A stretch of DNA of 64,000 nucleotides from an uncultured Gemmatimonadales bacterium. GTDB taxonomy: Bacteria; Gemmatimonadota; Gemmatimonadetes; Longimicrobiales; Gaopeijiaceae. Below the pieces are notes generated by a model. That model worked only from the letters and a program-made list of their open reading frames with translations, ran no database searches and was not told where the DNA came from. Each line of letters opens with the position of its first letter. Position 1 is the first letter of the stretch. A program made the position numbers and the translations under genes. The DNA is taken from NCBI GenBank assembly GCA_963809895.1, contig CAWELD010000010.1:704001-768000 (forward strand), in the 5' to 3' direction. This document shows, one piece after another, positions 39,333 to 49,147 of this stretch.

Positions 39333-40190
39333 ATGAGTGTCGAGCGATGCACGGTGCGTGCCTGGCCCGGTCCGGCGGCGTTCCTCGAGCGTGCGGGCCC
39401 CTGGCTCCTGCGGCGTGAGGCGGAGCACAACCTGCTCCTGGGGCTGGCCGCCCAGCCTCCACCCGTCAGCGACCCCCTCGAGCCCCATCTCTTCGCCACC
39501 ATCGAGCGCGGAGGTGAGGTGGTGGGCTGCGCCTTCCGGACTCCCCCCCACAAGGTCGGGCTGACCCGGATGCCGCTGGAGGCGATGGACGCCGTGGTGG
39601 CCCTCGTGGGCGAGCGGTACGCGTCGGTTCCCGCGGTGTTCGGGCCCGGCGAGGAGGTGCGGGCCTTCGCGTCGCGGTGGTCGACCGAACACGGTTGTAA
39701 CGCGCGGCCGGGCATGCGTCAGCGCATCCATGTGTTGCAGGCGCTCATCGCCCCCGCCCGCTCGACGTCGGGCCGGGTGCAGCCGGGCTCGGGGGCGCAC
39801 GCGGCCCTGGTCGCGTCGTGGATGGCAGCCTTCATGCAGGAGGCGAAGATCGACGGGGGAGACCCCGCGCTGCTCGCCGCACGCCTGCTGAGAGAAGACG
39901 CGCTGGTGCTGTGGTGCGATCCGGAGCCGCGCAGCATGGCCGCGATCTCGGGGCGCACGCCCCACGGCGCCCGTGTCGGATGGGTCTACACGCCGCCCGA
40001 GCACCGGGGACGCGGATACGCGAGCCATTGCGTGGCCGCGCTCAGCCGTACGTTGTTGGAGGACGGTTGCCGGCATCTCTTCCTCTACACCGACCTCGCC
40101 AATCCCACCTCCAACAGGATCTACGCCGCCCTCGGATACCGGCCGGTGGCGGACATCGAAGAGGTGGTCTTCGACGGTTCCGAGCCATGA
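39333..40190 (+). CDS. GNAT family acetyltransferase (two-domain)
   Basis: VGWVYTPPEHRGRGYAS...LYTDLANPTSNRIY. Confidence 0.9.
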   Translation: MSVERCTVRAWPGPAAFLERAGPWLLRREAEHNLLLGLAAQPPPVSDPLEPHLFATIERGGEVVGCAFRTPPHKVGLTRMPLEAMDAVVALVGERYASVPAVFGPGEEVRAFASRWSTEHGCNARPGMRQRIHVLQALIAPARSTSGRVQPGSGAHAALVASWMAAFMQEAKIDGGDPALLAARLLREDALVLWCDPEPRSMAAISGRTPHGARVGWVYTPPEHRGRGYASHCVAALSRTLLEDGCRHLFLYTDLANPTSNRIYAALGYRPVADIEEVVFDGSEP

Positions 40191-41050
40191 TCGATCGCAT
40201 CCTCGAGCAGTTCGCCCGCGAGCTCGACCGCTTCGTGGAGCTCCTGCCACGGCTGGTGGTGGCCGTCGTCGCGCTGGCATTCCTCACGGGCCTGGGCATT
40301 CTCGTGGCCCGGGGTGTGAGCCGCATCCTGGAGCGCACCCGGCGCGCAGGGACGTATCCGGCGGTCGCGCGCCGCGTGATCCGGTGGGTGTTCGTCCTGC
40401 TCGGGCTGGTGGCGGCCTTCCAGATCCTGGGCCTCACGGGGCTGGCGGCCAGCCTCCTGGCCACCGGCGGCATCGTGGCCGTGGTCTTCGGCTTCGCGTT
40501 CCGGGAGATCGGTGAGAACCTCCTGGCCGGCCTTTTTCTCGCCTTCGGCCGGTCCTTCGAGGTGGGCGACCTCATCGAGAGCGACGGTCTGCGAGGGGTG
40601 GTGCGCTCCATCGATCTGCGCCACGTGCACATTCGCACGGCCGACGGGTGCGACATCTTCATCCCCAGCGCCAGCATCTTCCGCAACCCCCTTCAGAACT
40701 TCACCCGCGACGGACTGCGCCGGGCCGACTTCCGCGTCGGGATCGACTACGGCGATGATCCGGCGCGAGCGCGTCAGGTCGTGCAGGACGCGGTTCGCGC
40801 CACGGCGGGTGTCCGCACCGAGCCGCCCGCGACGGTGGAGTTGGCGGGATTCACGTCCCAATACGTGGAGCTGGAAGCCCTCCTCTGGGTGGATGCCTGG
40901 GGCGACGCGCCCCTGGCCGGCGTTCGGTCACTGGCCATGGAATCCGCTCGCGACGCGCTCGCGCGAGAGGGCTTCACCTTCAGCTCCCAGGTGACAACCG
41001 CGTTGGACTTGCCTGAAATCCGTGTAAGACGCCCGGAAGAAATGTCTTGA
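40187..41050 (+). CDS. mscS: Small-conductance mechanosensitive channel family protein
   Basis: 3 TM helices, [27 protein letters not shown]. Confidence 0.9.
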   Translation: MIDRILEQFARELDRFVELLPRLVVAVVALAFLTGLGILVARGVSRILERTRRAGTYPAVARRVIRWVFVLLGLVAAFQILGLTGLAASLLATGGIVAVVFGFAFREIGENLLAGLFLAFGRSFEVGDLIESDGLRGVVRSIDLRHVHIRTADGCDIFIPSASIFRNPLQNFTRDGLRRADFRVGIDYGDDPARARQVVQDAVRATAGVRTEPPATVELAGFTSQYVELEALLWVDAWGDAPLAGVRSLAMESARDALAREGFTFSSQVTTALDLPEIRVRRPEEMS

Positions 41051-41075
41051 CCCTGAAAGGGCTCAGACGAAAGTT
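41047..41075 (+). promoter_or_regulatory. Candidate sigma70 promoter of the second csp
   Basis: TTGACC-17 nt-AAAGTT, overlapping the mscS stop. Confidence 0.35.
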
Positions 41076-41199
41076 TTTCGGTGTTCGATCGATGACCCCG
41101 CACGGTGCGGGGCCCTGGCGCGGGGGGGCCGCGCGTGTACGGCGTCGTCGGATGGTGCAGGCAGCTCCTCCGACACGGCACCAGCATTGGAGCAGGCTG

Positions 41200-41409
41200 A
41201 TGCGTACCAGAGGGACCGTGAAGTGGTTCAACGACCAGAAGGGCTTCGGATTCATCACACCCGAGAACGGAGGTCGGGACTGCTTCGTGCACCACTCGGC
41301 GATCCAGGCGGAAGGCTTCCGCTCCCTCAGCGAGGGTGACACCGTCGAGTTCGACGTGACCGAAGGCACCAAGGGCCCTGCCGCGGAGAACGTGGTCAAG
41401 GTTACCTGA
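41200..41409 (+). CDS. csp: Cold-shock protein (CspA family)
   Basis: [23 protein letters not shown]. Confidence 0.97.
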   Translation: MRTRGTVKWFNDQKGFGFITPENGGRDCFVHHSAIQAEGFRSLSEGDTVEFDVTEGTKGPAAENVVKVT

Positions 41410-41431
41410 CCGGGCTGGCAAGTCGCAGAAT

Positions 41432-41466
41432 GGAGGCCGTCCCGGGTGCGTCCCGGGGCGGCCTTC
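41432..41466 (+). terminator. Terminator of the second csp
   Basis: GGAGGCCGTCCCGGG-TGCGT-CCCGGGGCGGCCTTC. Confidence 0.7.
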
Positions 41467-41596
41467 GTGCGTGGGCACGGCAAGCCGCGCTTCCTGGACC
41501 GTGGCCTTGCGGGCCGACCGTCGGCGGCGCAGCATCGAAACAGCCTGTGGGTCTCGTTCGCACATTCCGCTATCCTGCCCGAACCGAGGAATCGTC

Positions 41597-42596
41597 GTGC
41601 CGCTTCGCCTCATCGAGGTCACCGTCTCCGGCGAGGGCATGGACGAGCTGTGTGGGGCCCTCGAGGAAACCCGGGTGGTGGACCTGTGGACCACCGGTGG
41701 AGAGGGGGGAAGGGCGGCGGTGCATGTCCTCGTGCCCGCCGACGGCGTGGAGGCCGTCTCCGACACGCTCACGCGACTCTTCGGCGACCAGGAGGCCTTC
41801 CGCCTCGTGGTGCTCGACGTGGAGGCCACGCTCCCGAAAGCGGAGGAGGTCGAGAAGGAGACGGAGGGCGAACCGGTAAGAGGAGGAGTCGCACCCGGAC
41901 CGTGTGTCTCGCGAGGAGCTCTACCAGGACCTGGAGGCGTCGACCCGGGTGACGCCGGTCTATCTGGCCACGGTGGCGCTGTCCACGCTGGTGGCCGCCC
42001 TGGGCCTGCTCCGCGATGACGTCGCCGTGATCATCGGGGCCATGGTGATCGCACCGCTCCTGGGCCCCAACATGGCGCTGGCGCTGTCGGCCACCCTCGG
42101 TGACGTCGAGCTCGCGTGGCGCTCGCTGAAGGCCAACGCCGCCGGCCTGGGCTTGGCCCTGGCGCTCTCCGTGATCATGGGGCTGGTGGTGTCGGTGAGC
42201 CCCGACATGCCGCAGCTGCATTCACGGGCCGAGGTCTCGCCCGCCGATGTCCTGCTGGCATTGGCCGCGGGCTCGGCGGGGTCGTTGGCCTTCACCTCCG
42301 GCCTGCCCACCGCCGTAATCGGCGTGATGGTGGCGGTGGCCCTTCTGCCCCCGCTGGTGGCGACCGGGTTGCTCGTCGGCGCCGGTCATCTGAGCGCCGC
42401 TCTGGGCACGCTCATCCTGCTGGTCACCAACATCACCTCCGTGAACCTGGCAGGGGTCGCGACCTTCCTGCTGCGGCGGGTCCGTCCGCGTACATGGTGG
42501 GAGGCCGAGAAGGCGAGGCGGGCCACGAAGCTCGCCATGGGGTCGTGGCTGATCTTGCTGGCGATCCTCCTCACCATCATCCTGTGGCGCTGGTGA
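41597..42596 (+). pseudogene. TIGR00341/DUF389 membrane protein, frameshifted at about 41878
   Basis: MPLRLIEV... N-terminal domain in one frame. RVSREELY...IIGAMVIAPLLGP...GVMVAVALLPP in the next. Confidence 0.8.
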
Positions 42597-42689
42597 TCGC
42601 GGCGATGCGGTAGCGCACGAACGCCCCGGCCTCGATGCGTGTAGAACGCCCCATGCGTACCCTCGTCGCCCGATTCACCGGGAACAGCC

Positions 42690-43088
42690 GTGCCGATTCC
42701 GTCTAGTCGGCTCATCCTGTCCGCCAGCGCGCTTCTGCTGGCCGGACTCGGACTGGCTGCCCTGTTCGCGCCGGGGGACTCGGCCATGGTCCTGGGCTTC
42801 GATGCCCGCGCGGCGGAGGCATTGGCCCTGGTGGCGCCTGGGCTGCTCGGCATGGCCGGCCTCAACTGGGTGGGCCGGGGAGTGCGGTTGGACGGGCTCT
42901 ACGGACGCCCGCTGTCGGTGGCGAACTTCCTGACCGGAGGGGTCGGCGCTTCGACGCTGGCGCGGCTCGAGACCGAGATGCCCGGGGATCCGGCGGGATG
43001 GGTCCTGGTGGGCCTGCTCGCGCTCTACACGCTCCTCTTCGCCTGGTATCTGTTCGCCCCTCCGGACACGGATCCCACCGCGCCCTGA
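42690..43088 (+). CDS. 4-TM hypothetical protein
   Basis: Hydrophobic helices, GLYGRPLSVANF. Confidence 0.7.
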   Translation: MPIPSSRLILSASALLLAGLGLAALFAPGDSAMVLGFDARAAEALALVAPGLLGMAGLNWVGRGVRLDGLYGRPLSVANFLTGGVGASTLARLETEMPGDPAGWVLVGLLALYTLLFAWYLFAPPDTDPTAP

Positions 43089-43130
43089 CCGCCGCGTCCC
43101 GCCCCGCCGGTCACCGAGGCCTCGGCCATC

Positions 43131-43520
43131 TCACACGTCGGCGACCCAGGCCGTGATCACCAGATCGGGATCCTCCTGCCGGCGCCGCTCCGCGGCCAGA
43201 AAGTCGTAGTACCCGCAGCGCCCGGTGCCCGGATACGCCCGGCACGCCGCCGGCCGATGCTCGTAGACGGTGCAGCGGCGCGTCTCGGGATCCAGAAAGC
43301 GGCACGCAGTCTGGAAGATCTCGTCCTGGCGGTGTCGGAGAACGCGTTCCCTCGGCTCGGCTCCTTTCTTCGTGAAGCGTCGGCGGGCGACATCCACGTC
43401 CAGATCGAAGCGTCGGGCGAGGCGCGCCACGTCTCGCTCGGTGACCGGGATCCGTGGGTACGTGCAGCAGAAGGCGGAGCAGCGCGCGCAGTTGTAGAGA
43501 ACCGGGAGACGGCGGGCCAT
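43131..43520 (-). CDS. YkgJ-family cysteine-cluster protein
   Basis: CARCSAFCC...CRFLD...CTVYEHRPAACRAYP. Confidence 0.9.
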   Translation of the reverse strand: MARRLPVLYNCARCSAFCCTYPRIPVTERDVARLARRFDLDVDVARRRFTKKGAEPRERVLRHRQDEIFQTACRFLDPETRRCTVYEHRPAACRAYPGTGRCGYYDFLAAERRRQEDPDLVITAWVADV

Positions 43521-43550
43521 GGAGGGTCGTCCTGTGGGCCGGGGGTTCCT

Positions 43551-44840
43551 TCAGCGCCGAGCGAGGTCGGCGACGCCGGCCACGAGGCGGTCCACCTCTT
43601 CGGGGGTCGTGTAGCAAGCGGCGCCGGCCCGCACCAGACCCGCTTCGGCCAGACCCAGGTCTTCGGTCACGGTCGATGCGTAGAAGTCGCCGTGCGAGAC
43701 GAAGGCGCCCACCTCGGCCGCCAGATGGGCGGCCACGTCTCGGGACGACATGTTCTTCACCGTGAACGCCACCGTCGGCGTGCGCGGCTTTCCGGGTTCG
43801 GGGCCGTAGAGCCGGACCCGTCGCAGGTCGGACAGGCCGTCCCACAGGCGGGCGGTGAGAGCCACGCCCCTTCGGTGGAGCTCCTCGAAGGCCGCCGTGA
43901 GTCGGCTGCGCCGGTCGTCGGAGTCGCGGGGCTCGGGCCGCGCGAGGTCGGCGAGAAAGTCGACGGCCGCCGCGGCGCCCAGGATCGCCTCGTGCGAAAG
44001 CGTGCCCGTTTCGAGCCGCTCGGGCGCCGTGTCGGGCGCGCACGGCAACCGCGGGACGTCGAGCGTCTCCAGCAGCGCGCGACGCATGTAGAGCACCCCC
44101 AGGTGCGGGCCGTAGAACTTGTAGGGCGAGCAGACGAAGACATCGCATCCCAACGCCTCGACATCGGGAAGGGCGTGGGGCGCCCAGTGCACAGCGTCCA
44201 CGAACGAAAGGGCGCCGGCATCGTTCGCCATCGCCACGATTGCCTCGACGTCGTTCACCGTCCCGAGGGCGTTGGATGCGCCACCGATGGCCACGACCCG
44301 GGTTTCGGGTCCCACGGCGGCTTCCATGGCGTGCATGTCCAGCGTGCCGCTGCGCACGTCGAAGGGGACTTCACGAACGATCAGGTCTCGCTCGCGTGCC
44401 AGGGCGTGCCAGGGGGCGACGTTGGCCTGATGGTCGAGGCGGGTGACGACGAGCTCGTTTCGGTCCGACGGCCTGCGCCCCAGGGCACGCGACACGTGGA
44501 AGGTGAGGGTCGTCATATTGGCGCCGAAGACCACCTCGTCCGTGGTGCACGCGAGAAAGTCGGCGAGCGTGGCGCGGGCCTCGGCGAGCATCTCGTCGGT
44601 TTCCACGCTGGTGTCGTAGGCCCAGTGCGTGTTGGCGTTGTGATGCAGCAGATAATCCGTCATCGCGCGTACCACGCGCTCCGGCACCTGGGTCCCGCCC
44701 GGGCCGTCGAAGAAGGCGGCCGGCCGGCCGGCCGCCCGGCGGGCGAGGGCCGGAAAGCGTGCTCGGATGCGGTCGACGGACTGGACGTTCAAGGAGGACT
44801 CCCCCGGGACGGCTGGCGGGTTGCTGGAGAATGGCGTCAT
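43551..44840 (-). CDS. Cysteine desulfurase-like PLP protein (class V aminotransferase)
   Basis: FFDGPGGTQVP, LDHQANVAPW, FVDAVH, CSPYKFYGPHLG, ETGT. Start is ATG 44840 or TTG 44792. Confidence 0.92.
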   Translation of the reverse strand: MTPFSSNPPAVPGESSLNVQSVDRIRARFPALARRAAGRPAAFFDGPGGTQVPERVVRAMTDYLLHHNANTHWAYDTSVETDEMLAEARATLADFLACTTDEVVFGANMTTLTFHVSRALGRRPSDRNELVVTRLDHQANVAPWHALARERDLIVREVPFDVRSGTLDMHAMEAAVGPETRVVAIGGASNALGTVNDVEAIVAMANDAGALSFVDAVHWAPHALPDVEALGCDVFVCSPYKFYGPHLGVLYMRRALLETLDVPRLPCAPDTAPERLETGTLSHEAILGAAAAVDFLADLARPEPRDSDDRRSRLTAAFEELHRRGVALTARLWDGLSDLRRVRLYGPEPGKPRTPTVAFTVKNMSSRDVAAHLAAEVGAFVSHGDFYASTVTEDLGLAEAGLVRAGAACYTTPEEVDRLVAGVADLARR

Positions 44841-44991
44841 GGTAGCCGGGCCCGAGCCGCCGCACAACGCGCGCCTCGTCTGGACGTCAGCGCGTTGGCT
44901 GGAGGTGGAACCCGCCGCCGCTTCCGGGGGATTCGGACCCGTGGGTGCAGCATGTGGAGGTGGCGATCCAGGATCAGCCCAGGAGGTCGAC

Positions 44992-45549
44992 ATGGCGGAC
45001 GGTGGACGCGAAGAGGTCGCAACGCTCGGCGGTGGCTGCTTCTGGTGCCTCGAGGCCGTCTATCAGGAGGTGGACGGTGTACGGCGGGTCGTGTCCGGGT
45101 ACGCCGGTGGCGACGTGGCGAATCCCACGTATCGTCAGGTATGTGGCGGCGGGACCGGGCACGCGGAGGTCGTGCAGGTGCACTTCGATCCTGAGGTGAT
45201 CTCCTACCGCGACATCCTGCGGATCTTCTTCGTCATCCACGACCCCACCACGCCCAACCGCCAGGGTGCGGACGTGGGAACGCAGTACCGCTCCGCCGTC
45301 TTCTGGGCCGACGACGCGCAGAGAGCCGACGCGGAGGCGGTCATGGAGGAGCTCCGCGAGAGCGGCGCGTTCGAGGGAGCCCTCGTGACCGAGCTCGAGC
45401 CATTGGAGCGGTTCTGGGAGGCCGAGGACTACCACCAGGACTACTACGCTCGCAATCCGGCCCAGGCGTACTGCCGCATCGTCATCGATCCGAAGCTGGC
45501 CAGGTTCCGCAAGGTGTTCGCGGAGCGACGCCGCTCCCACGTTTCGTAG
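44992..45549 (+). CDS. msrA: Peptide-methionine (S)-S-oxide reductase
   Basis: GGGCFWC, TGHAEVV, HDPT, AEDYHQDYY. Confidence 0.97.
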   Translation: MADGGREEVATLGGGCFWCLEAVYQEVDGVRRVVSGYAGGDVANPTYRQVCGGGTGHAEVVQVHFDPEVISYRDILRIFFVIHDPTTPNRQGADVGTQYRSAVFWADDAQRADAEAVMEELRESGAFEGALVTELEPLERFWEAEDYHQDYYARNPAQAYCRIVIDPKLARFRKVFAERRRSHVS

Positions 45550-45556
45550 CCCCGAC

Positions 45557-46393
45557 GTGATCTCGACGGAGGCCATGCTCATGGTCCCGGCGGTCGCCGC
45601 GGATCGCCGCCTCCGTTACGGGCCCGATGCGCTCCACTTCGGAGATCTCTTTCTGCCGCCCACCGGCGGCCCCCATCCTGTGGCCGTGGTGATTCATGGC
45701 GGCTGCTGGCTGTCGCTGGCCGACCTGGGGTACATGAGCCACCTGTCCCGCGAGCTGGCGCGGGCGGGTTGGGCGGTCTGGTGTCCGGAATACCGACGGA
45801 TCGACCAGCCGGGAGGCGCGTGGCCCGGGCTCCTCACCGACGTCGGGCGGGCGCTGGACCACGTGCGCGAGTTGGCTCGAGACCATCCGCTGGACGCGGG
45901 CCGTGTCGTGGTCGTCGGGCACTCGGCCGGCGGGCACCTCGCACTGTGGCTGGCCGCGCGACCGGAGCTCCCGGCCGGCGGGCCGGACGTGTCCGCGCTG
46001 CGAGGCGACCGTCCGCTGCGACCCCGCGCGGTGGTAGGGCTGGCGGCGATCGCCGATCTCGACACCTACGCTCGCCTGCCCGGCGATCCCTGCGGCGAGG
46101 CGATCGTCACTCGCCTGCTCGGTGCCGGCCCGGAGGAACGTCCCGAGCGGCTCGCGCTCACCTCACCGGCGGAGCGCCTGCCACTGGGGGTGCCACAGCT
46201 TCTTCTCAGCGGCGAGCACGATCACATCGTGCCTCCCGAGCACGGTCGGGCATACGTCGGGAGGGCGCGGGCAGCGGGCGACGTGGAGGCGGTGGCGGAG
46301 ACGCTCCCGGGCGCCGGCCACTTCGAGCTCGTGGCGCCCTGGTCGGCTCCCTTCGGAGCGGTGAGAGACCGGATCGAGACGTTCCTGCGCTAG
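45557..46393 (+). CDS. Alpha/beta hydrolase (HGG esterase type)
   Basis: IHGGCW, GHSAGG, D and GHF catalytic positions. Confidence 0.9.
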   Translation: MISTEAMLMVPAVAADRRLRYGPDALHFGDLFLPPTGGPHPVAVVIHGGCWLSLADLGYMSHLSRELARAGWAVWCPEYRRIDQPGGAWPGLLTDVGRALDHVRELARDHPLDAGRVVVVGHSAGGHLALWLAARPELPAGGPDVSALRGDRPLRPRAVVGLAAIADLDTYARLPGDPCGEAIVTRLLGAGPEERPERLALTSPAERLPLGVPQLLLSGEHDHIVPPEHGRAYVGRARAAGDVEAVAETLPGAGHFELVAPWSAPFGAVRDRIETFLR

Positions 46394-46989
46394 CGTCGCC
46401 CGTGCGCCCGGTCGAGCTGCTCCAGCACTTCTCGACAGAGCCAGAGGTGGCGGCGATTGTGTGCCAGCAGGAATCGGATGCCCTGGGCCACGTTCAGCTT
46501 CAGCCAGCCCGCGAAGGGTGACACGAACTCGGCCCGTCCCAGGTCCACGCCCGGGAGTCCCTCCAGCAGGTCACGGAACGCTTCCTGGACGCGATCGAAG
46601 TCCCTCCGCGCGATCTGGAAGTCCATGGGCGGGGCGTCTGCCGCGGCGGGATCCATGGCCTTGAGCGTGCGTGTGCGCAACCGTGGCGGTGGCTCCATGA
46701 ACCAGATCATGAAGCGCCCGAGCAGGGGGCTGGGCCAGGGCTCCTCTCCCCCGATCCAGCCGTTCTCGTGCGCCTCACGAGCCGCCGCCTTCATGAGACG
46801 GAGATAGGGGCCGTTGGCCAGGGAGAGATGCACGAGGTGTTCCGCCGCCGACCACCGATTCGGGGTGGGTCTCGACGTGAGCGCCACCACGTCATTGGTG
46901 GCGATCATGTCCGCGACTTCGGCATCCTGGCGGTCGAGCTCGTGACGTGTGCGTGCGAGCTCCGACGAGGCTTCTGGCATGCGGATCAT
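46390..46989 (-). CDS. DinB-family protein
   Basis: WSAAEHLVHL...FLLAHNRRHL. Confidence 0.85.
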   Translation of the reverse strand: MIRMPEASSELARTRHELDRQDAEVADMIATNDVVALTSRPTPNRWSAAEHLVHLSLANGPYLRLMKAAAREAHENGWIGGEEPWPSPLLGRFMIWFMEPPPRLRTRTLKAMDPAAADAPPMDFQIARRDFDRVQEAFRDLLEGLPGVDLGRAEFVSPFAGWLKLNVAQGIRFLLAHNRRHLWLCREVLEQLDRAHGRR

Positions 46990-47124
46990 GGCGCGAGTCC
47001 TGGTAGAACGACGCAGGGCCGTCTACTCAACGATACGCCGCTGTCGCAGGGAACGACATAGGCGGGTCGCGGCAGCGCGCTGCGACGGACACGAAGTCCT
47101 ACACGCGTAGAGATCGACACCCCC

Positions 47125-47152
47125 TTGTCCCACGGCCCCTGAGTGCTATCCT
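47125..47152 (+). promoter_or_regulatory. Sigma70-type promoter of the HTH gene
   Basis: TTGTCC-16 nt-TATCCT with extended TG. An alternative TACAAT lies at 47161. Confidence 0.5.
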
Positions 47153-47199
47153 ATCCTGCATACAATCTGGTAAGACTCCATCTTGACGGAGGAGGGTGC

Positions 47200-47646
47200 A
47201 TGCCCAAGCCCCCCGGCCCCCTCGTCGTGAAGTGGAGGGACCTCGCCGCCGACGGTGCGTCGTACGCGGAAATCGCCAGGCGATTCCCCGAGTACAGCGC
47301 GGACCAGGTTCGGCACTATTGTCTGGGAACGTCCGGGAAGAAACTCCCGGGCCCGCTGCAGAAGCCCGGCCGTTGGGAAGGCCGGAACGTGTGGCTCCAG
47401 GGCGAGAAGTCACCTCACGCGGAATTGACGAGAGAGCAGGCAGTCGCCGTTCTTGACGACTGGGACGACGAGCGCGATCGCTGGGGAACATCCGGAACCG
47501 AATGGGCGAAGAAGCTCAGGGTTTCGGCCAGCACGATCCACATGCTGCGTCGTGGTGAGACCTGGCAACACCTGGAACACCCGAACCAGGGCCGCAGGCC
47601 CGGAACGGGACCCAGGAAGCCCAAGCGAGGCCGCTCCAAGAAGTGA
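47200..47646 (+). CDS. Small basic double helix-turn-helix protein
   Basis: GGAGGAGG RBS, two HTH-like repeats, GEKSPHAELT...VSASTIHMLRRGETWQHL, K/R-rich tail. Confidence 0.75.
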   Translation: MPKPPGPLVVKWRDLAADGASYAEIARRFPEYSADQVRHYCLGTSGKKLPGPLQKPGRWEGRNVWLQGEKSPHAELTREQAVAVLDDWDDERDRWGTSGTEWAKKLRVSASTIHMLRRGETWQHLEHPNQGRRPGTGPRKPKRGRSKK

Positions 47647-47663
47647 GCCCGCGAAAGGCCCGT

Positions 47664-47703
47664 CGGGCCCGCGCTCCATCCGGAGTGCGGGCCCGCACTT
47701 TTT
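47664..47703 (+). terminator. Rho-independent terminator
   Basis: CGGGCCCGCGCTCC-ATCC-GGAGTGCGGGCCCG then CACTTTTT. Confidence 0.8.
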
Positions 47704-47720
47704 CACCCGTTCGGCCGATC

Positions 47721-48239
47721 ATGAACCATCCCCTGGACCCCTTTCTCCGTGAGTCCCGTCGCTACCTCACCGAGGAGTACCCGGGCAAGATCGGCCACGC
47801 CCTCGCGCGGCTGTCGGCCGAGGACCTCTGGTGGCGCCCGAACGAATCGTCCAACGCCATCGGGAATCTGATCGTCCATCTGGCCGGTAACGTCCGTCAG
47901 TGGATCGTGCATGGCCTGGGTGGGGAGCCCGATGTCAGGGATCGCGCCGCCGAGTTCGCCCGGCGTGGGTCCGAGAACGCGGATCAGCTCATGGTGGTGC
48001 TGCGAGCGGCGGTGGACTCCGCCGGCGGGGTCCTCGCTGCCGAAGATCCGGCGCGACTCCACGAGCCCGTGACGATTCAGGGGCTCGCGACCACCAGGTT
48101 CGCCGCCGTCTATCACGTCGTGGAGCATTTTTCCATGCACACGGGCCAGATCCTCTGGATGGTGAAGGCCCGCGTTCCCGGCGAGCTCGGCTTCTACGAG
48201 ATCGGCGACGACGGCGAGGTGCTGGACACGCGCTGGTGA
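47721..48239 (+). CDS. DinB/DUF1572-like protein
   Basis: LWWRPNESSNAIGNLIVHLAGN...RDRAAEF...HVVEHFSMHTGQI. Confidence 0.88.
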   Translation: MNHPLDPFLRESRRYLTEEYPGKIGHALARLSAEDLWWRPNESSNAIGNLIVHLAGNVRQWIVHGLGGEPDVRDRAAEFARRGSENADQLMVVLRAAVDSAGGVLAAEDPARLHEPVTIQGLATTRFAAVYHVVEHFSMHTGQILWMVKARVPGELGFYEIGDDGEVLDTRW

Positions 48240-49084
48240 GCGGTTCCCGTGAGCGCGTGGCCATTCCGGGGCCCGGAGGGGGGCACCTGTCGGTGCACGT
48301 GCGGGGTGAGGGGCCCCCGTTGGTGCTTCTGCACGGGTTCACCGGTAGCGCCGACGCCTGGGACGAGGGCGCGCTGGAACTGCTGGCGCGGCAGCATCGT
48401 CTGCTGGTGCCCGACCTTGCAGGCCACGGCGCCAGTGATGTGCCCCCCGAGCCCGCGCGCTTCGGACTGGACGCCCTTCTGGCCGACCTCGGTGTGCTCC
48501 AGGAACGGCTGATTCCTGGTCCCGCGGTGTGGCTGGGGTACTCCATGGGTGGTAGGCTGGCGTTGGCCGCGGCGGTGCGATCGACGGTCCCCATGCGGGG
48601 CCTCGTGCTGGAGAGCGCCTCGCCGGGCCTGGCCGACGACGCGGAGCGAGCGCGGCGTCGGAGCTCCGACGAGGGTTGGGCTCGAGATCTCGAGACCGAC
48701 GGCATGGTGGCGTTCGTGGATCTGTGGTTGGCGCAGCCGCTCTTCGCCAGTCAGCGGATGCTTCCCCTGGAGATCCGGGAGCGGGAGCGGGAGCGACGCC
48801 TCCGTCAGGATCCCGCGACGTTGGCCGCCGTGTTGCGGGGCTTCGGCACGGGATCGCAGCCCTCGTTCTGGCCCGATCTGGCGGGCCTGGACGTGCCGGT
48901 ACTCCTCGTCACCGGCGGCCTGGACGAGAAGTTCGAGAGGACCGCCGACGCCATGGCGGCGAGGCTCTCGCGCGCCCGACGCAGCTCGGTGCCGGGCGTG
49001 GGCCATGCGGTGCACCTGGAGGCGCCCATCGAGTGGGCCCATCGGGTGTCCGCCTTCACGGCATCGTTGACGGGAGGTGCCTGA
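48236..49084 (+). CDS. menH: MenH-like alpha/beta hydrolase (SHCHC synthase family)
   Basis: LHGFTGS, GYSMGGRLA, LESASPGL...RRRSSD...WLAQPLFASQ, GTGSQPS. Confidence 0.75.
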   Translation: MSGSRERVAIPGPGGGHLSVHVRGEGPPLVLLHGFTGSADAWDEGALELLARQHRLLVPDLAGHGASDVPPEPARFGLDALLADLGVLQERLIPGPAVWLGYSMGGRLALAAAVRSTVPMRGLVLESASPGLADDAERARRRSSDEGWARDLETDGMVAFVDLWLAQPLFASQRMLPLEIRERERERRLRQDPATLAAVLRGFGTGSQPSFWPDLAGLDVPVLLVTGGLDEKFERTADAMAARLSRARRSSVPGVGHAVHLEAPIEWAHRVSAFTASLTGGA

Positions 49085-49147
49085 GCACATCGGTTGGAGG
49101 TGGGTGCGGCGCGGATTTCGCGTCGGGAGACCGAGCCCGGAGGCTCG

